DNA of 64,000 nucleotides, taken from assembly GCA_964016885.1 (NCBI GenBank), contig OZ024745.1:119102001-119166000 (forward strand), in the 5' to 3' direction. Both the position numbers and the translations under genes were made by a program. Positions within the stretch are counted from its first letter, which is position 1. Each line of letters opens with the position of its first letter. This document shows, piece by piece, positions 28,851 to 41,378 of the stretch. This DNA is from Eledone cirrhosa (lineage: Eukaryota). The notes under the pieces are model-generated. The model did no database searches. It was not told where the DNA came from and saw only the letters and a program-made list of their open reading frames with translations.

Positions 28851-29476
28851 TGTTTGCATGTCAACACAATAGCGAGAATGAGGGGCGCATTCTACTGACA
28901 TGGCTTATAAAAAGAGGCTGTTTTCATTATTGCAAACGAATTGAATATCATTATTAATATTCTAAAATCTCAGATTACATTCATTTTAATATAAATGTTC
29001 GGCAGCACATAGGAGATAAGGAGCTGCAGTAGATTGTCGATGCACTACATCATCTTTATAAAATGTCTTTATATTTTTTCTTCCTTCATTGCTATCGTTA
29101 ATGGACTAGCGAATAATTCTTTCTGGTGGCAAAGAAAATCTGAAAGAAATAACAAGTCAGGCATTGCAAGATGTTTGAAAGCAGTACGTTTCCAGAGGTG
29201 AATAAGTATCAGGTTTGGTTATTGCTTTATTATAGGTTATAGGGAGAAGAGTTTAACCTATAATTAGTGTAGTAAGGAACCAGGTGGACCATAACGCACC
29301 AGAGTACTCAATATTTATGGTAGTAGAGTGGGTAATAGGAAAAGAGTCAGGGCACCGACGGCTGAGCTCCGGTCGGATCTAGCTGTCGAAACGGTCAGAG
29401 CTCAGCCGTCGGGGTCCTAACTCTTTTCCTATATGTGTGTATGTGTGTGTATGTGTGTATATATGTACGTATGTAT

Positions 29477-29525
<49 letters not shown>

Positions 29526-29987
29526 ATTGAATTTAGCCGTGATTTCAACTGTGACCGTCCACTGCCGGTGTCATAGATTTATTTTCTGATTTTTTTTTGT
29601 TATCGTTTCTGTTGTTTTCTTTCGTAACCTTCAAATGTTGTTCTTTATTATTTTCTTATGTCACATGACCTTTGATTGTTATTTTATTCAACTTCCTTTG
29701 TTTTCTTCCCTAACCTTCGATGTTTTCACATCATTTTCCTCTTTTCTGTCTTTCTCCTCCTCTCCCATCGTTCATATTTTATTATTATCTACCAATATAT
29801 AAAACATTATTTTCACGTTTCGTGCTCGTGTTTTTTCTATTGTAATCAATCTCAACCTTTTTTCCTGTCTTTCACTCCCCTCTCTCTTCCTCCTCTTCCT
29901 CACTCTGTCCCTCTCTCTGTCCCCCTCTCCCCTTTTCGTCATAGTGAGATAAATTAAATTAAAAGAAATATTTCTTAACTTTGTATC

Positions 29988-31670
29988 ATTATTATTATTA
30001 TTGTTCTTTGAGTCTCAGTCGTTGATGTTATTTAACTGGAAAGTTTGTTGAAATGAATATCAAGCCGCTACCTGCAGCCTCAGATATTCAGGACGTATCG
30101 GAGGGTTTTTGCTGTTCCCAGCAAGCATGCCTTTGAAGTGTTCCAAAAAGCGGGGCTGGACTAATCTTTTTTAACCATCCTTGGAAACTCTTTGAGATAG
30201 TACCTAGTGTGCCTATGACAAGCGGGACGACTCTGACTTCATGGCAGTTCCAAATCCTTTTTACCTCCCACTTTAAGTCATGGTATCGGTTAATTTTCTC
30301 CCTCTCCTTTTCTTGCACTCTCATGTAAAATGGGCAGGCTACATCTACAATCAAGCACGATGTTTTTCCCTTGTCCAAAACCACCAGGTCGGCCCTATTG
30401 TGTTCCAGTTTCTTGTCCGTCTGTATCCTAAAATCCCATAGCACCTTCACCTGATCGTTTTCTATCACCGACTCTGGCTTATGCTCATACCACTTCTCAG
30501 AATGTGGTGAATTGTTTACTTTGCATAGGTGCCAGTGGGTTACTCTGCCCATCACATCATGTCTCCAGCCTTTATAGTGAGTCTGGGTTAGGTGTTTACA
30601 CTCGGATACAATGTGAGCAACAGTCTCCTCTCTCTCTCCACAGATCCTACACAGTGGGCTCGCCTCCTCCTTGTAAATATGGTGTTTCACCCACTTCGTT
30701 CTGAGGGCCTGCTCTTGCGCATCCATTAGCATAACTTCTGTAGCCTTTTTAAGGTCTCTTTTTAACCAGTTCCATGTCTGTGCATATCTAAATTCAGTTT
30801 TCTCAAAGAAGGTACTATGAAGGGATTTTTCATGAAGGGTGGTCTTCCTCCTTGTTGTTATTTCCTCCTTGGACATCCCCTGATCTATTGTCCTCTCCTA
30901 CAGTACAATTCTAAGCATTGGCTCCCTACTGTCAGTCACGTATTTGTGCAGGTTGTTTTTCTCCATCTAAACACAGTCCTCTATGCTGATAAGACCTCTT
31001 CCACCTTCAGATCTCTTTAAGTAGAGTCTATCGACATCACTCCTCTTGTGGAACATGTTGTAGATAGTCAATAGCTTCCTAGTCTTCCTATCCATTTCTT
31101 TTTGTTCAGCAACATTCCATTTCAGAATTCCCGCACTGTACCTAATAATAGACGCAGCTCGGGAATTCACTGCACTTATGACATTCCTACTATTTAGATC
31201 TGATTTTAATACGCTCCTTAATCTCCGAATGCACTCAGATTTTATCAATTCCTTCATTTTTTTGTTCTTGATGTCATCTGCCTCCAGAACACCTAAATAT
31301 TTGTATCCTTCTTCAGTGTCAATTTCCTTTATCATCTCACCTCTTGGTACCTGGATTCCGTTGCTTCTGTTCAATTTGCCCCTCTTCATCACTAGGACTT
31401 CACACTTATTAATACCAAATTGCATACATAGATCATTGCTGAAAATACGGACAGTGTCAACAAGTACATCCAACTCCTTCTCACACTTCCCAAAGAGTTT
31501 AAGATCGTCCATGAAGAGGAGGTGGTTGATGGTAAGCTCTCCTTTTCCCAACTTGTATCTTGCTCTCACTTTCCGCTGTATAATGGTCAGGGGTATCAGG
31601 TCAAGGACAAACAACAGAGGGGACAAACCCCCTCCCTGGAAGATACCTCTCTTGATCTTCACGCCTCCCG
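29988..31670 (-). mobile_element. R4/Dong LINE, 5'-truncated, (TAA)n tail
   Basis: RGIFQGGGLSPLLF, HLLFMDDLKLF, YKYLG; CRIC..H..C zinc knuckle; RHD; R(A)D..D restriction-like endonuclease; tail at 29988-30002. Confidence 0.93.
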
Positions 31671-32797
31671 GTGCTTCATTGACGGTGAACAGGTGTGGTC
31701 GCCGTTCGCCAGGCATGTTTTCCCACAGCTCGTCTCCTTGGCGGAACTGCAGTCCTGGGTAGGAAAAGACCGAGGGATAGCGCTTGGAAACTGGAATGTC
31801 TCCAGGTGCTCAATGCCCTCTGCCAGCTGGGCACCAGTATCGGTGGAACATCCACCTCGGCGTTCTATAGAGGACTAGTCGAGATGAAGAGCGACGACGT
31901 TCTCGGAGAGATCCTGGGCGTCGAAGAAGATCAGCTGTTTGCTCTCTTCCGGAGAACGTTCAGCCCAGGGCCTATGGATAACTTCCAAAAATCCCTGGCC
32001 TTGCAGTGCCATTGGGGAGCCTTGCCGGTTCAAGATAAGCTCTACAGGCACGAAAGTGCCGTCAGCCAAGCCTGTCCGAGATGCGCGCAGAGCGACGAAA
32101 CCGTCGTGCACGCACTCGTTCAGTGCCCGAGCATTGCTGACTTGTGGAGCTATGTCGAACAGTTGCTGTCGCGTGTGGGACTGATCCGGTTATCGACTGA
32201 GTCCATTGTGCAGATGGTCTCGCCGTTTTCCTTCGAGGAGGAAGGGCAGGCGGTTTTCATCTGCCTGGTGGCCATGGCGAAAGAGATTGTGTGGCGGACA
32301 AGGTTGAAAGGATTAAAGACAGACACTTTCCTCTTCGGCGAATCCCTAATTAACTTTTTCAAGTTTCACTTGAAGAGGTAAATCAGAGTGGAGAGGCAAG
32401 TGCTGACTTCTAGCAAGTTTGTTGAAAGATGGGTGAATGTAGCGAGAATGGTCCGAGTGAACGGGACCGCTCTGAATATACGCCTGTAGTTTGAGAAATG
32501 GAAAAATTGAGAGAGGGCGCTTGCCCTGGTGGTCAGGGTGGTCGTGGTCTTTTGTCTGGTTTTCGCCACGAGTAACCCTCGGAGGTTTCCCCCCTATTGG
32601 GGAATTTTTCATTTTTTCAATTTTCATATTTATTGTTTATATATATAAATGTTTCTATGTCTTTTTTCCTTTTCTTTTATAAATAATAAAAATCTTTACA
32701 CGCACAAAACCCACATCATACCGTCCTGTGCTGTCTGTAATGTTTTTCTTGATATCAGCCCTTGTGGCCAATAAAGAAATTATTATTATTATTATTA
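31671..32797 (+). mobile_element. L1/Tx1-clade LINE 3' end
   Basis: ORF 31695-32381 with CPRC..ETVVHALVQCP..W (zf-RVT-like); 3' UTR, AATAAA at ~32770 and (TTA)n tail. Confidence 0.85.
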
Positions 32798-33157
32798 TTG
32801 TTCTTTGAGTCTCAGTCATTGATGTTAGTTAACTGGAAAGTTTGTTGAAATGAATATCAAGCCACTACCTGCAGCCTCAGATATTCACGACGTACCGGAG
32901 GGTCCTTGCTGTTCTCAGCAAGCATGCCTTTTGAAGTGTTCCAAAAAGCGTGTCGGGGCCAATTTTCTTTAACCATCCCTGGAAACTTTTTGAGATAGTC
33001 CCTAGTGCGCCTATGACAATCGGGACCACTTTGACTTCATGACAGTTCCAAATCCTTTTTACCTCCCACTTTAAGTCCTGGTATCGGTTAATTTTCTCCC
33101 TCTCCTTCTCTTGCACTCTCGTGTCGAATGGGCAGGCCACATCCACAATCAAGCACG
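32798..33157 (-). mobile_element. Short R4/Dong LINE 3' copy inserted in (TAA)n
   Basis: IVDVACPFD..KINRYQDL..VVPIVIGALG; highly similar to 30003-30360; TTA repeats on both sides. Confidence 0.9.
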
Positions 33158-33851
33158 ATTATTATTATTATTACTACTACTATTATTATTATTATCATTA
33201 TTATTACCTGGATGTTCACCAGGAGCATTGTTTCATAAACAATTCTTCTGCTTCCTCTCGTCCTCTCCCCCTCCTCTACTACACCTCTACTGAATTTAAT
33301 GAATCCAATTCATACTATTTAACGATAATTCTACTCTCTAACGCCATTTTATTTTTCTCACGTAATCCCAAACCACAATTGATTCCAGTCTTTCTCTCTC
33401 CCAGAATTATGTTTCTTTTCAAAATAAATTACATTAAATAAAGACATAAATACGCAAATAAAACAATCTTTGGTTTTAAACAATACTAAGCTTTCTCTCC
33501 GTTTTTATCTTTTTCTTCATAATGATTTAAATCGAATTAAATGAATAAAACAGTACTGAGCTTACTCCTTCCCTCTTCCCTATCGAAGATTTAAAAGAAA
33601 ACGATTTAAATTAAACAAATAGAACAAAACCATTGACCCCCCCCCATTAATAATTATAAATAAATGGACGTCGATAAACTTATTAAAAGCCAAATAAAAG
33701 CGTATAACATTGAAAAAAATGAGACGAAATTAGCAGATGGAAGAAATTCCTCTTTTTCTAATAGTCTCCAAATAGTGTTAAACGAAAGTCAGATCTCGAA
33801 AACATTGCATGCTGTATTGCCTCAGTGAAGCAGATGAGCCACGCGCTCTCG

Positions 33852-33905
<54 letters not shown>

Positions 33906-34215
33906 TCTCTCTCTCTCACACACACTCTCTCTCTCTCTCTCTTTCTCTGTCTCTCTCACACACACACACAAACACAAACAAACAATATATATAGCTAAAG
34001 AGAGAAGATTAACATGGTTGGCTGTACAATAGGGGCTTTATTTAAAGTACTGACAATTGTTTCGTTGATCATGTGTGTCTAGAGTTCGCTAATCGCTCGA
34101 GGTTGCGTCAATCGATCTCCAATACATTGTTTACAATCCACGACGCGGAGTACTCTAACTGGATTACCTATAACGATAACTTGTTATCCCATATATATAT
34201 ATATATATATATATA

Positions 34216-34425
34216 TGAGGTGTGTGGAAATAGTATCAGGACTTTCTGCGCTATGAGATATATGAGAAGGGTAGAGATTAGCGTCTTGCGTCACCGTGTG
34301 AGGTAATATCCGGGGAGTATATATTTTCGAGGGGGATTATTTCGAAGAGGAAAACTTGTAGTTTGTAGTTTAAATTCGAAATATCTTTTGCAACCCCAGT
34401 CCTGTTTTTTCTGACACACATCGCG
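34216..34425. mobile_element. Mariner-derived MITE related to 18964-19844
   Basis: Degenerate TIRs tgaggtgtgtggaaa..caggact / agtcctg..ctgacacacatcg in TA context. Confidence 0.65.
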
Positions 34426-34726
34426 TATATAATATATATGAGTGCGTGAGTGAGTGAGTGAGGGAGTGTGAGTGTGAGTGTGTGTGTGTGTGTGTGTTGA
34501 AGTCTCAACTATTTCCAGTTTCAAATTATTAGAATCTTCTCGTATTTTCGAGTCCTCTATAATATTATTTCATATCTTTATAGTGTCACTGCCAGCAATG
34601 TTTGGCTCCACCTATTATTATAGCCATATGTAGCCAATGAAGTTGGGTACAATTCTTATTTCGCCATCTTTCTATCTATGGGTTTCCTACCGGAATTTGA
34701 CTCTTAAAATCACATGTTACATGTCA

Positions 34727-34975
34727 CGAGAGAGAGAGGGGAAGGGAGAGAGGGAGGGATAGCGAGAGAGGTGGAGAGGGAGGGAGGGAGAGAGGGACAG
34801 TGATAGAGAGATGGAGGGAGAGGGAGGGGGATAGAGAGAGTGAGGCAAAGTGAGAGAGAGAGAGAGGGATAGAGAGAGAAGAATAGAGAGAGAGGAATAG
34901 AGAGAGAGCGAGAGGAATATATATAGAGAGAGAGGGGGATAGAGGGAGAGGAAGAGAGAATGAGTGAGATGGGAG
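34727..34975. repeat. (GA)-rich polypurine tract
   Basis: Direct reading. Confidence 0.9.
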
Positions 34976-35852
34976 ACGAAACTTTAGGATTAACAACACA
35001 TCTCCCCAGTACACTGTTTATTCCAAGTTGCCGAAACGACCCCAGTAGAGCTAAACCCCCAGTTGCTCTATATGGCTAACGCAAAAAGCATACATTATAT
35101 ATTGGGTAACGCCGTTATGAAATACGAAGAAAAATGCATGACAGTGATGAGAAGAGTACACAATAAATAGGACACATCATTCAAGTTCCTAAAACTGGTG
35201 CAGTCAACCATTGGAGTACCACAGTAGACCTTTGAGTGTGCGTCCGTCATAGCATTTCATTAAGCTCTAGAAATGCTTGGTGGTGCAGATCTCTTCAAGT
35301 AATTAAGTTTAACCCGCCAGCAGAAGCAGTTACATGGGTGCGGCTGAAAAATGTGATAATTTTTATATAACGTATAATAATTTTATTATTATATTTAGAA
35401 CATGCCTTGGAGGAGGGCGGTCAATAAAATATCACTCCACGGTAATTGGTGGAATTATTACAGTGTTAGGCGAGATTCAATTTGCTTTCTGAGTTAAAAT
35501 TCCGCGTAATGATTCAAATCCTATAATAGCTACATCTAGTCCCTAAACCACGGAACCACTACTCAAAGAATGTGCGGAGTAGGATTGTGGTCATCTGCTA
35601 CAACAGTTGAACTATGATACGAAGCTAATCCCACAAATACACTACAAAAACTGACTACGGAAACTGCAAAGGTCGGAGGACGATTGTGGGTGTCTCCTGC
35701 TACAGCATTCGAATTCCGAATAAAGCTAAAACAAATACCCCATGCTATTCTATACAACACCTTTATGTCTTTGCCGAATTCTCTGCCTAATAGATGAGGA
35801 ACTGGTTGCCTGATTTATGAATGAATATACAAGATCAACAAATAGTAAGAAT

Positions 35853-36211
35853 AGCAATGGTGAAGATGTTTTACTGTCACGACAACAACATTAGACTTAC
35901 TCAGACAACAGCAATGGTGGTGAAGATGTTTTACTGTCACGACAACAACATTAGACTTACTCAGACAACAGCAATGGTGGTGAATCTGTTTTACTGTCAC
36001 GACAACAACATTAGACTTACTCAGACAACAGCAATGGTGGTGAAGATGTTTTACTGTCACGACAACAACATTAGACTTACTCAGACAACAGCAATGGTGG
36101 TGAATCTGTTTTACTGTCACGACAACAACATTAGACTTACTCAGACAACAGCAATGGTGGTGAATCTGTTTTACTGTCACGACAACAACATTAGACTTAC
36201 TCAGACAACAG
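35853..36211. repeat. 60-bp minisatellite, ~6 copies
   Basis: gcaatggtggtgaa(ga/tc)tgttttactgtcacgacaacaacattagacttactcagacaaca repeated almost perfectly. Confidence 0.97.
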
Positions 36212-36829
36212 TGAACAAATTCTTAGAAGAAAACAACTGCTAATATTTTTTTATAACAACCTCACCAAAAATGGCTCTGGTTCTATGAAACACAATCATC
36301 TATTTTAATAACACAATTTCATACAATATTTTAGTGAAATAATTGATAATTTTAGCAAATCACTCCAAATTCTTCATAAATTGATTGAAATATGGTGTAT
36401 TTCTTTGGAAATATGACCACGAATGGGTTACTCCTCCAAATACTTTAATTAATTGAAATACACTGTATTTCAATAGAAATATGGCTATGAAAATCTGAAA
36501 ACTTTGATAGATTTTATGCCATTTCAAGTTTTGAATAAAAGAATAACTTGGCTACAGCATGATCAAATGGTTAAGACGCTTGCTTCACAGGTATTTTTTT
36601 TTTATTCACAAAGCTCAGGTTGTCCTAAGGCTAGAGTAATTAACACTCATCGAAAAGGCCACACAGTGGGATCAAATAAGATGTCAAGTTTTATCACACT
36701 GTGTGGCATTTTAAATAAGTGTTAATTACCATAGCCCCAGGACAACCCGGGCTTAGTGAATAAAATTGGGTAGACAAAAAATAGCAATGTCAATAAACGT
36801 ATAAAGCCACTTCAAGGTGCGACAACCAG

Positions 36830-37630
36830 TGATATCAGAGTGTCACGTTCGTGGACGCTACCCCTGGAAATGAATTAGCTAACCAATTTAGAAAGGCCCA
36901 AAGAAAGACGCATTTAAAGATTAAAGTGATAGAAAAACCAAGAAATTATCATAATGTCCCTGCTCTGCAAAACCCATTAAGAAAACCCATTGTATTAAGA
37001 AGAAATATGTTATATGTAGAATAAATTCACAGTTAAATTGTAAAACGAGAAATGTAGTCTATAGCATAAGTTGAACAGAGGGTACTTGCAGAAACATGAC
37101 AATGACATAGCTGAGACAGCTCGGAGCATAGGAGAAAGGATAAATCAACACCGGAGTGAACTAAAAGGACAAAAAGACGGTTCGCTACTATATGAACACG
37201 GCAGACGAAGACACGATGGCAATATAGACAACATAGAAATTAAAATATCTAAACATAAAAATCACTCAACGGGTAGATAAATCAGAGAAGCAACTGAAAT
37301 AGAACTAAGAAGACCGAAGTTGAACTGAAAGAATGAATGGAATAACAACAACAACCATACACAAACACACAATAGTGACCTCAGATAAATATAAATAAAT
37401 ATACACAGGTACAACCACACAAACACACACTAGTGCGCAAAGATAGAATACAAACACACATAGACTCAGACAGGAACACACACCAAACAGAAAACACACG
37501 CAAACACGCATGAGCAAATAGAGACAAGAATAAATAAATAAATAATGGAATAGAAATTACAATACAACGGGAGCAAACATAATAGTACCACTGATGATGT
37601 AACAGATGTGTGATGAAAGAACTTTGATAG
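36830..37630 (+). mobile_element. Penelope-like 3' end: GIY-YIG remnant, UTR and degenerate hammerhead (37586-37629)
   Basis: RNVVYSI..ETARSIGERINQH..SLLYEH..H; tacca-CTGATGA..GAAAGAACTT-tgata. Confidence 0.7.
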
Positions 37631-37939
37631 ACTATATATATATATTTATATCTATATTTTTAACCGTTGGTCAATCAATGATAAACATTAATTGCCAGCT
37701 AAATTAACTATGGAGATATAAAATATACAAAAGCGAAAACCAATTCAAACCAAACAGTGAGTGTATTTTATTATTATTATTATTTCTGGCAATATTATAA
37801 CAATATGACCCTCCCCAAATATAACTACACACACACACATATATACATATGCGTGTGTGTTAAGTATTTCCGTAGAAAAGGTACAGGAAAGAAGAGTGCT
37901 CTATGTATAGTACAAAGCTATTTTATTACAATAAATATA

Positions 37940-37996
37940 TCATCAGGAAGCCTGATGATTTCTCCCGAATGAAACAGTTCTAGTCCTGTAGAAGCC
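37940..37996 (+). ncRNA. Hammerhead ribozyme with stem I 5' strand lost to a fold-back
   Basis: CTGATGA(37952)-tttc-tccc-gaat-GAAACAG-ttctagtc-CTGTA-gaagcc, preceded by its own inversion atcatcagg. Confidence 0.65.
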
Positions 37997-38036
37997 ATTT
38001 TTATATTAAATATATATATATATATATATATATATA

Positions 38037-39030
38037 GGAAAAGGTATGACCCCGACGGCAGAGCTCAAGCCGTTTCGACGGCTATTTCTGGACTAAATTA
38101 GAATTTTTAGCCTGGTGAATAAATAGCCGAACTTGTCAAGGGGGTACTTCCTTATATGGGAAGATTGTAGTTGTCAAGAGGATTGATTAACATTTGTTGT
38201 AAACACAAATAAGTCTATCATGGCATTTGGTGCGATGTAGGGGTAGTTGAACTTGCCTGTAGAACAATAGGGAAGTGAGTGGAGCGGTCAAGCGTTGAAA
38301 GTGATATGTATACAGCAGATTCTAAGGATAGTGTATGAAGTGGAGGAGGGAGGTTATAGAATAGGTAAATCGAATGAGAGTAGGAGACAATAAAAGATAA
38401 TAGAAAGAAATAAAAAAATATATAAACTTAGATAGTGAGAAATGAATAAAAAAAAATCACAATGCTATCTTACAATTACAGGTTAATAAGTTGAGAATAG
38501 AAAAAACTTGTAGAAATTGAGTAGTACCAAATCTGATACAAAATTAAAGGGGTTTAACACGTCTGCTATAAATAGTTAGTAAAACGTATTCGGCAAATTC
38601 TATCTTAAAATTACAGGGGTGGGGGAACTGATGCTACAGAGGCCCGATGGGCTGCATCGCGGTAGGCGAAAGGGGAAAAGCAGACGTGGAAGAAAATAAG
38701 GGGTGGAAGGAAATGATAGGATGAGACAAGGGGAAGAAGAAGACAAAGAGGAAATGAAAAGAAAAGAGATACATCTACCTATGTAATCTGGGGTTTCCCC
38801 TAACTTACTCGGCAAGTGGGGGTATCAGCCCTTGTCTACCCACCCGGGTCGTTATGGGGTTTGAGGGCGAGCGTAAGTCCTACGCAATCTGTGTTTGCAT
38901 GCGGTTACCAGTTCGTCTTTCTTGTTTAGGAGTTGGTCCTTCGAAAACAACATTTGTAATGTTTCCTCCGAGCATAAGTTACACGGACGGCGTCCTCCCG
39001 TGTAAGAGTTAGCTCTGGACAGTAAGCTAA
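38037..39030 (-). mobile_element. 5'-truncated Naiad-type Penelope copy between two (TA)n tracts
   Basis: EN C-terminus ANSYTGGRRPCNLCSEE..LLNKKDELVTACKHR, then UTR, then hammerhead, then (TA)n. Confidence 0.82.
38049..38145 (-). ncRNA. Hammerhead ribozyme with long stem II, decayed core (TTGACAA)
   Basis: Reverse strand: cccc-TTGACAA-gtt-cggctattt..aaatagccg-tc-GAAAC-ggc-ttgagctct-gcc-GTC-gggg. Confidence 0.7.
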
Positions 39031-39038
39031 TATATATA

Positions 39039-39113
<75 letters not shown>

Positions 39114-39676
39114 CTGTTCTATATTTTTGAGACGAGGAATTATTTACATTATATACATTGGACGGATAGGTGTCCTCATCTTGTTTGTTTCGGCTGATGT
39201 ACTCTCCAGCCTTCATCAGGTGTCCTAGTGATGTTATTTCTTTTTTATGTCTTTTCCTTATGCAGTTATATATTCTATCATCTCTATCTCCCTCTCCCTT
39301 CTTTTTATCTTCATCTTTGTATCTTTTACCCTTTTCTCTTCTATTTAGCACTCTCTCGCTCTTGTCCTTTTCTATAACACGGATATTTACATATTTAAAT
39401 ATTTAACATTTATATACTTATGTGTTTTTTTAATTTTTTTTATTAACATTTTTTTTTAAAATTATTTATTTATTTATTTATTAACTTATTCTATAGTTTC
39501 TCCTACTCACCCACTCCTAATACTTATATCTTGCTACTTATCCCTCTCCATCATAATTACTGTCACACTATTACATGTGGTATATAAATTTTGAGATTTC
39601 TTGTAAGAAAATCATTGCTAAGACTGGAATTGAATCATCAGCATAGTTGAGGTATATCATACATCAATTTATGTAT

Positions 39677-39741
39677 TTTATCTGATGAGGACGTACTGAA
39701 AAAAAAACAGCACAGTACCTCTGAAATATATATAATAAATC
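39677..39741 (+). ncRNA. Type I hammerhead ribozyme (AUA site)
   Basis: tttat-CTGATGA-gg..gtactg/cagtac..ct-GAAA-(TA)5-ataaa, at the end of a pyrimidine-rich UTR (39110-39670). Confidence 0.68.
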
Positions 39742-39869
39742 ATATATTTTGATTACGCGAATGTCTCCATTTATTAATATTTTGAATAATATTAATAACT
39801 CCAGAAAACTTCGCTGTTGAGTGCTTTTAATCTATTGTAAAACTATGAACCTTGTTTAACATTTGGTTA

Positions 39870-39886
39870 TATAATATATATATATA

Positions 39887-39963
<77 letters not shown>

Positions 39964-40048
39964 ATACATATGCATATATATATATATATATGTATGCATA
40001 TATACATATGCATATATATATATATATATATATGTGTGTGTATACATA

Positions 40049-40084
<36 letters not shown>

Positions 40085-40103
40085 TATATACATATACATA
40101 TGC

Positions 40104-40139
<36 letters not shown>

Positions 40140-40296
40140 ATATACATATGCATATATATATATATATACATATATGCATATATACATATGCATATATATA
40201 TATATATATATATATATGCATATATACATATGCATATATATATATATATATACATATGCATATATACATATGCATATATATATATATATATACATA

Positions 40297-40338
<42 letters not shown>

Positions 40339-40347
40339 TACATATGC

Positions 40348-40393
<46 letters not shown>

Positions 40394-40675
40394 GCATATA
40401 TATATATGCATATATACATATGCATATATATATATATATATGCATATATATATATATGCATATAATATATTAACAAATGGAAACTATATTTATAAAACCA
40501 TATTTATTTCATTATACATATTTCAAGGACTCCAAGTCAAATTATGGTGCGCTTTCATCAGATAAAATATAATATAGATCAGTTTTATAAATAAATATTG
40601 ACATACACTTAAATAATGCGACCATTTCTGTTGGAAGCTCCCGGATAGTCATATATATATGCATATATATATATA

Positions 40676-40715
<40 letters not shown>

Positions 40716-40785
40716 TATATATATATATATATATATATATGCATATATATATATATATATATATATGCATATATATATATATATA

Positions 40786-40821
<36 letters not shown>

Positions 40822-40859
40822 TATATATATATATATGCATATATATATATATATATATA

Positions 40860-40895
<36 letters not shown>

Positions 40896-40952
40896 TATAT
40901 ATATATATATATATATATGCATATACATATATATGCATATATATATATATGC

Positions 40953-40985
<33 letters not shown>

Positions 40986-41010
40986 TGCATATATATATAT
41001 GCATATATAC

Positions 41011-41061
<51 letters not shown>

Positions 41062-41137
41062 TATATATATATATGCATATATATATATATATATATATGC
41101 ATATAAATATATATATGCATATAAATATATATATATA

Positions 41138-41175
<38 letters not shown>
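39870..41175. repeat. (TA)n/TGCA-interrupted array with a unique island at 40470-40650
   Basis: Direct reading. Confidence 0.95.
40505..40569 (-). ncRNA. Type I hammerhead ribozyme, intact core
   Basis: Reverse strand: tattttat-CTGATGA-aagcgcacca..tggagtcctt-GAAA-TATGTA-TA-atgaaata; 8-bp stem I. Confidence 0.75.
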
Positions 41176-41177
<2 letters not shown>

Positions 41178-41378
41178 CTGTTGATCGGACCGAGGAAACA
41201 ATGTTTCCATTGGTCTTTCCAATTGTTAATACTATCTATCGGTCGCAACTCCAGGTAGAAGGAGCAACGTGAAATAAAGTGTCTTGCTCAAGGACATATC
41301 GCATCACCCGGTTCGGGAATCGAACTCACAACCTCACGATTGTGAATTCAGTTCTCTAACCACTCAGCCACGCGCCTC
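41175..41378 (-). mobile_element. SINE family B variant
   Basis: Reverse strand ggaggcgcgtggctgagtggttagag..gagttcgattcc..tccttgagcaagacac. Confidence 0.85.

Noticed and set aside
35853-36211. CRISPR-like regular repeat
   Set aside because: Contiguous 60-bp units with no unique spacers, no cas genes, and a eukaryotic context.
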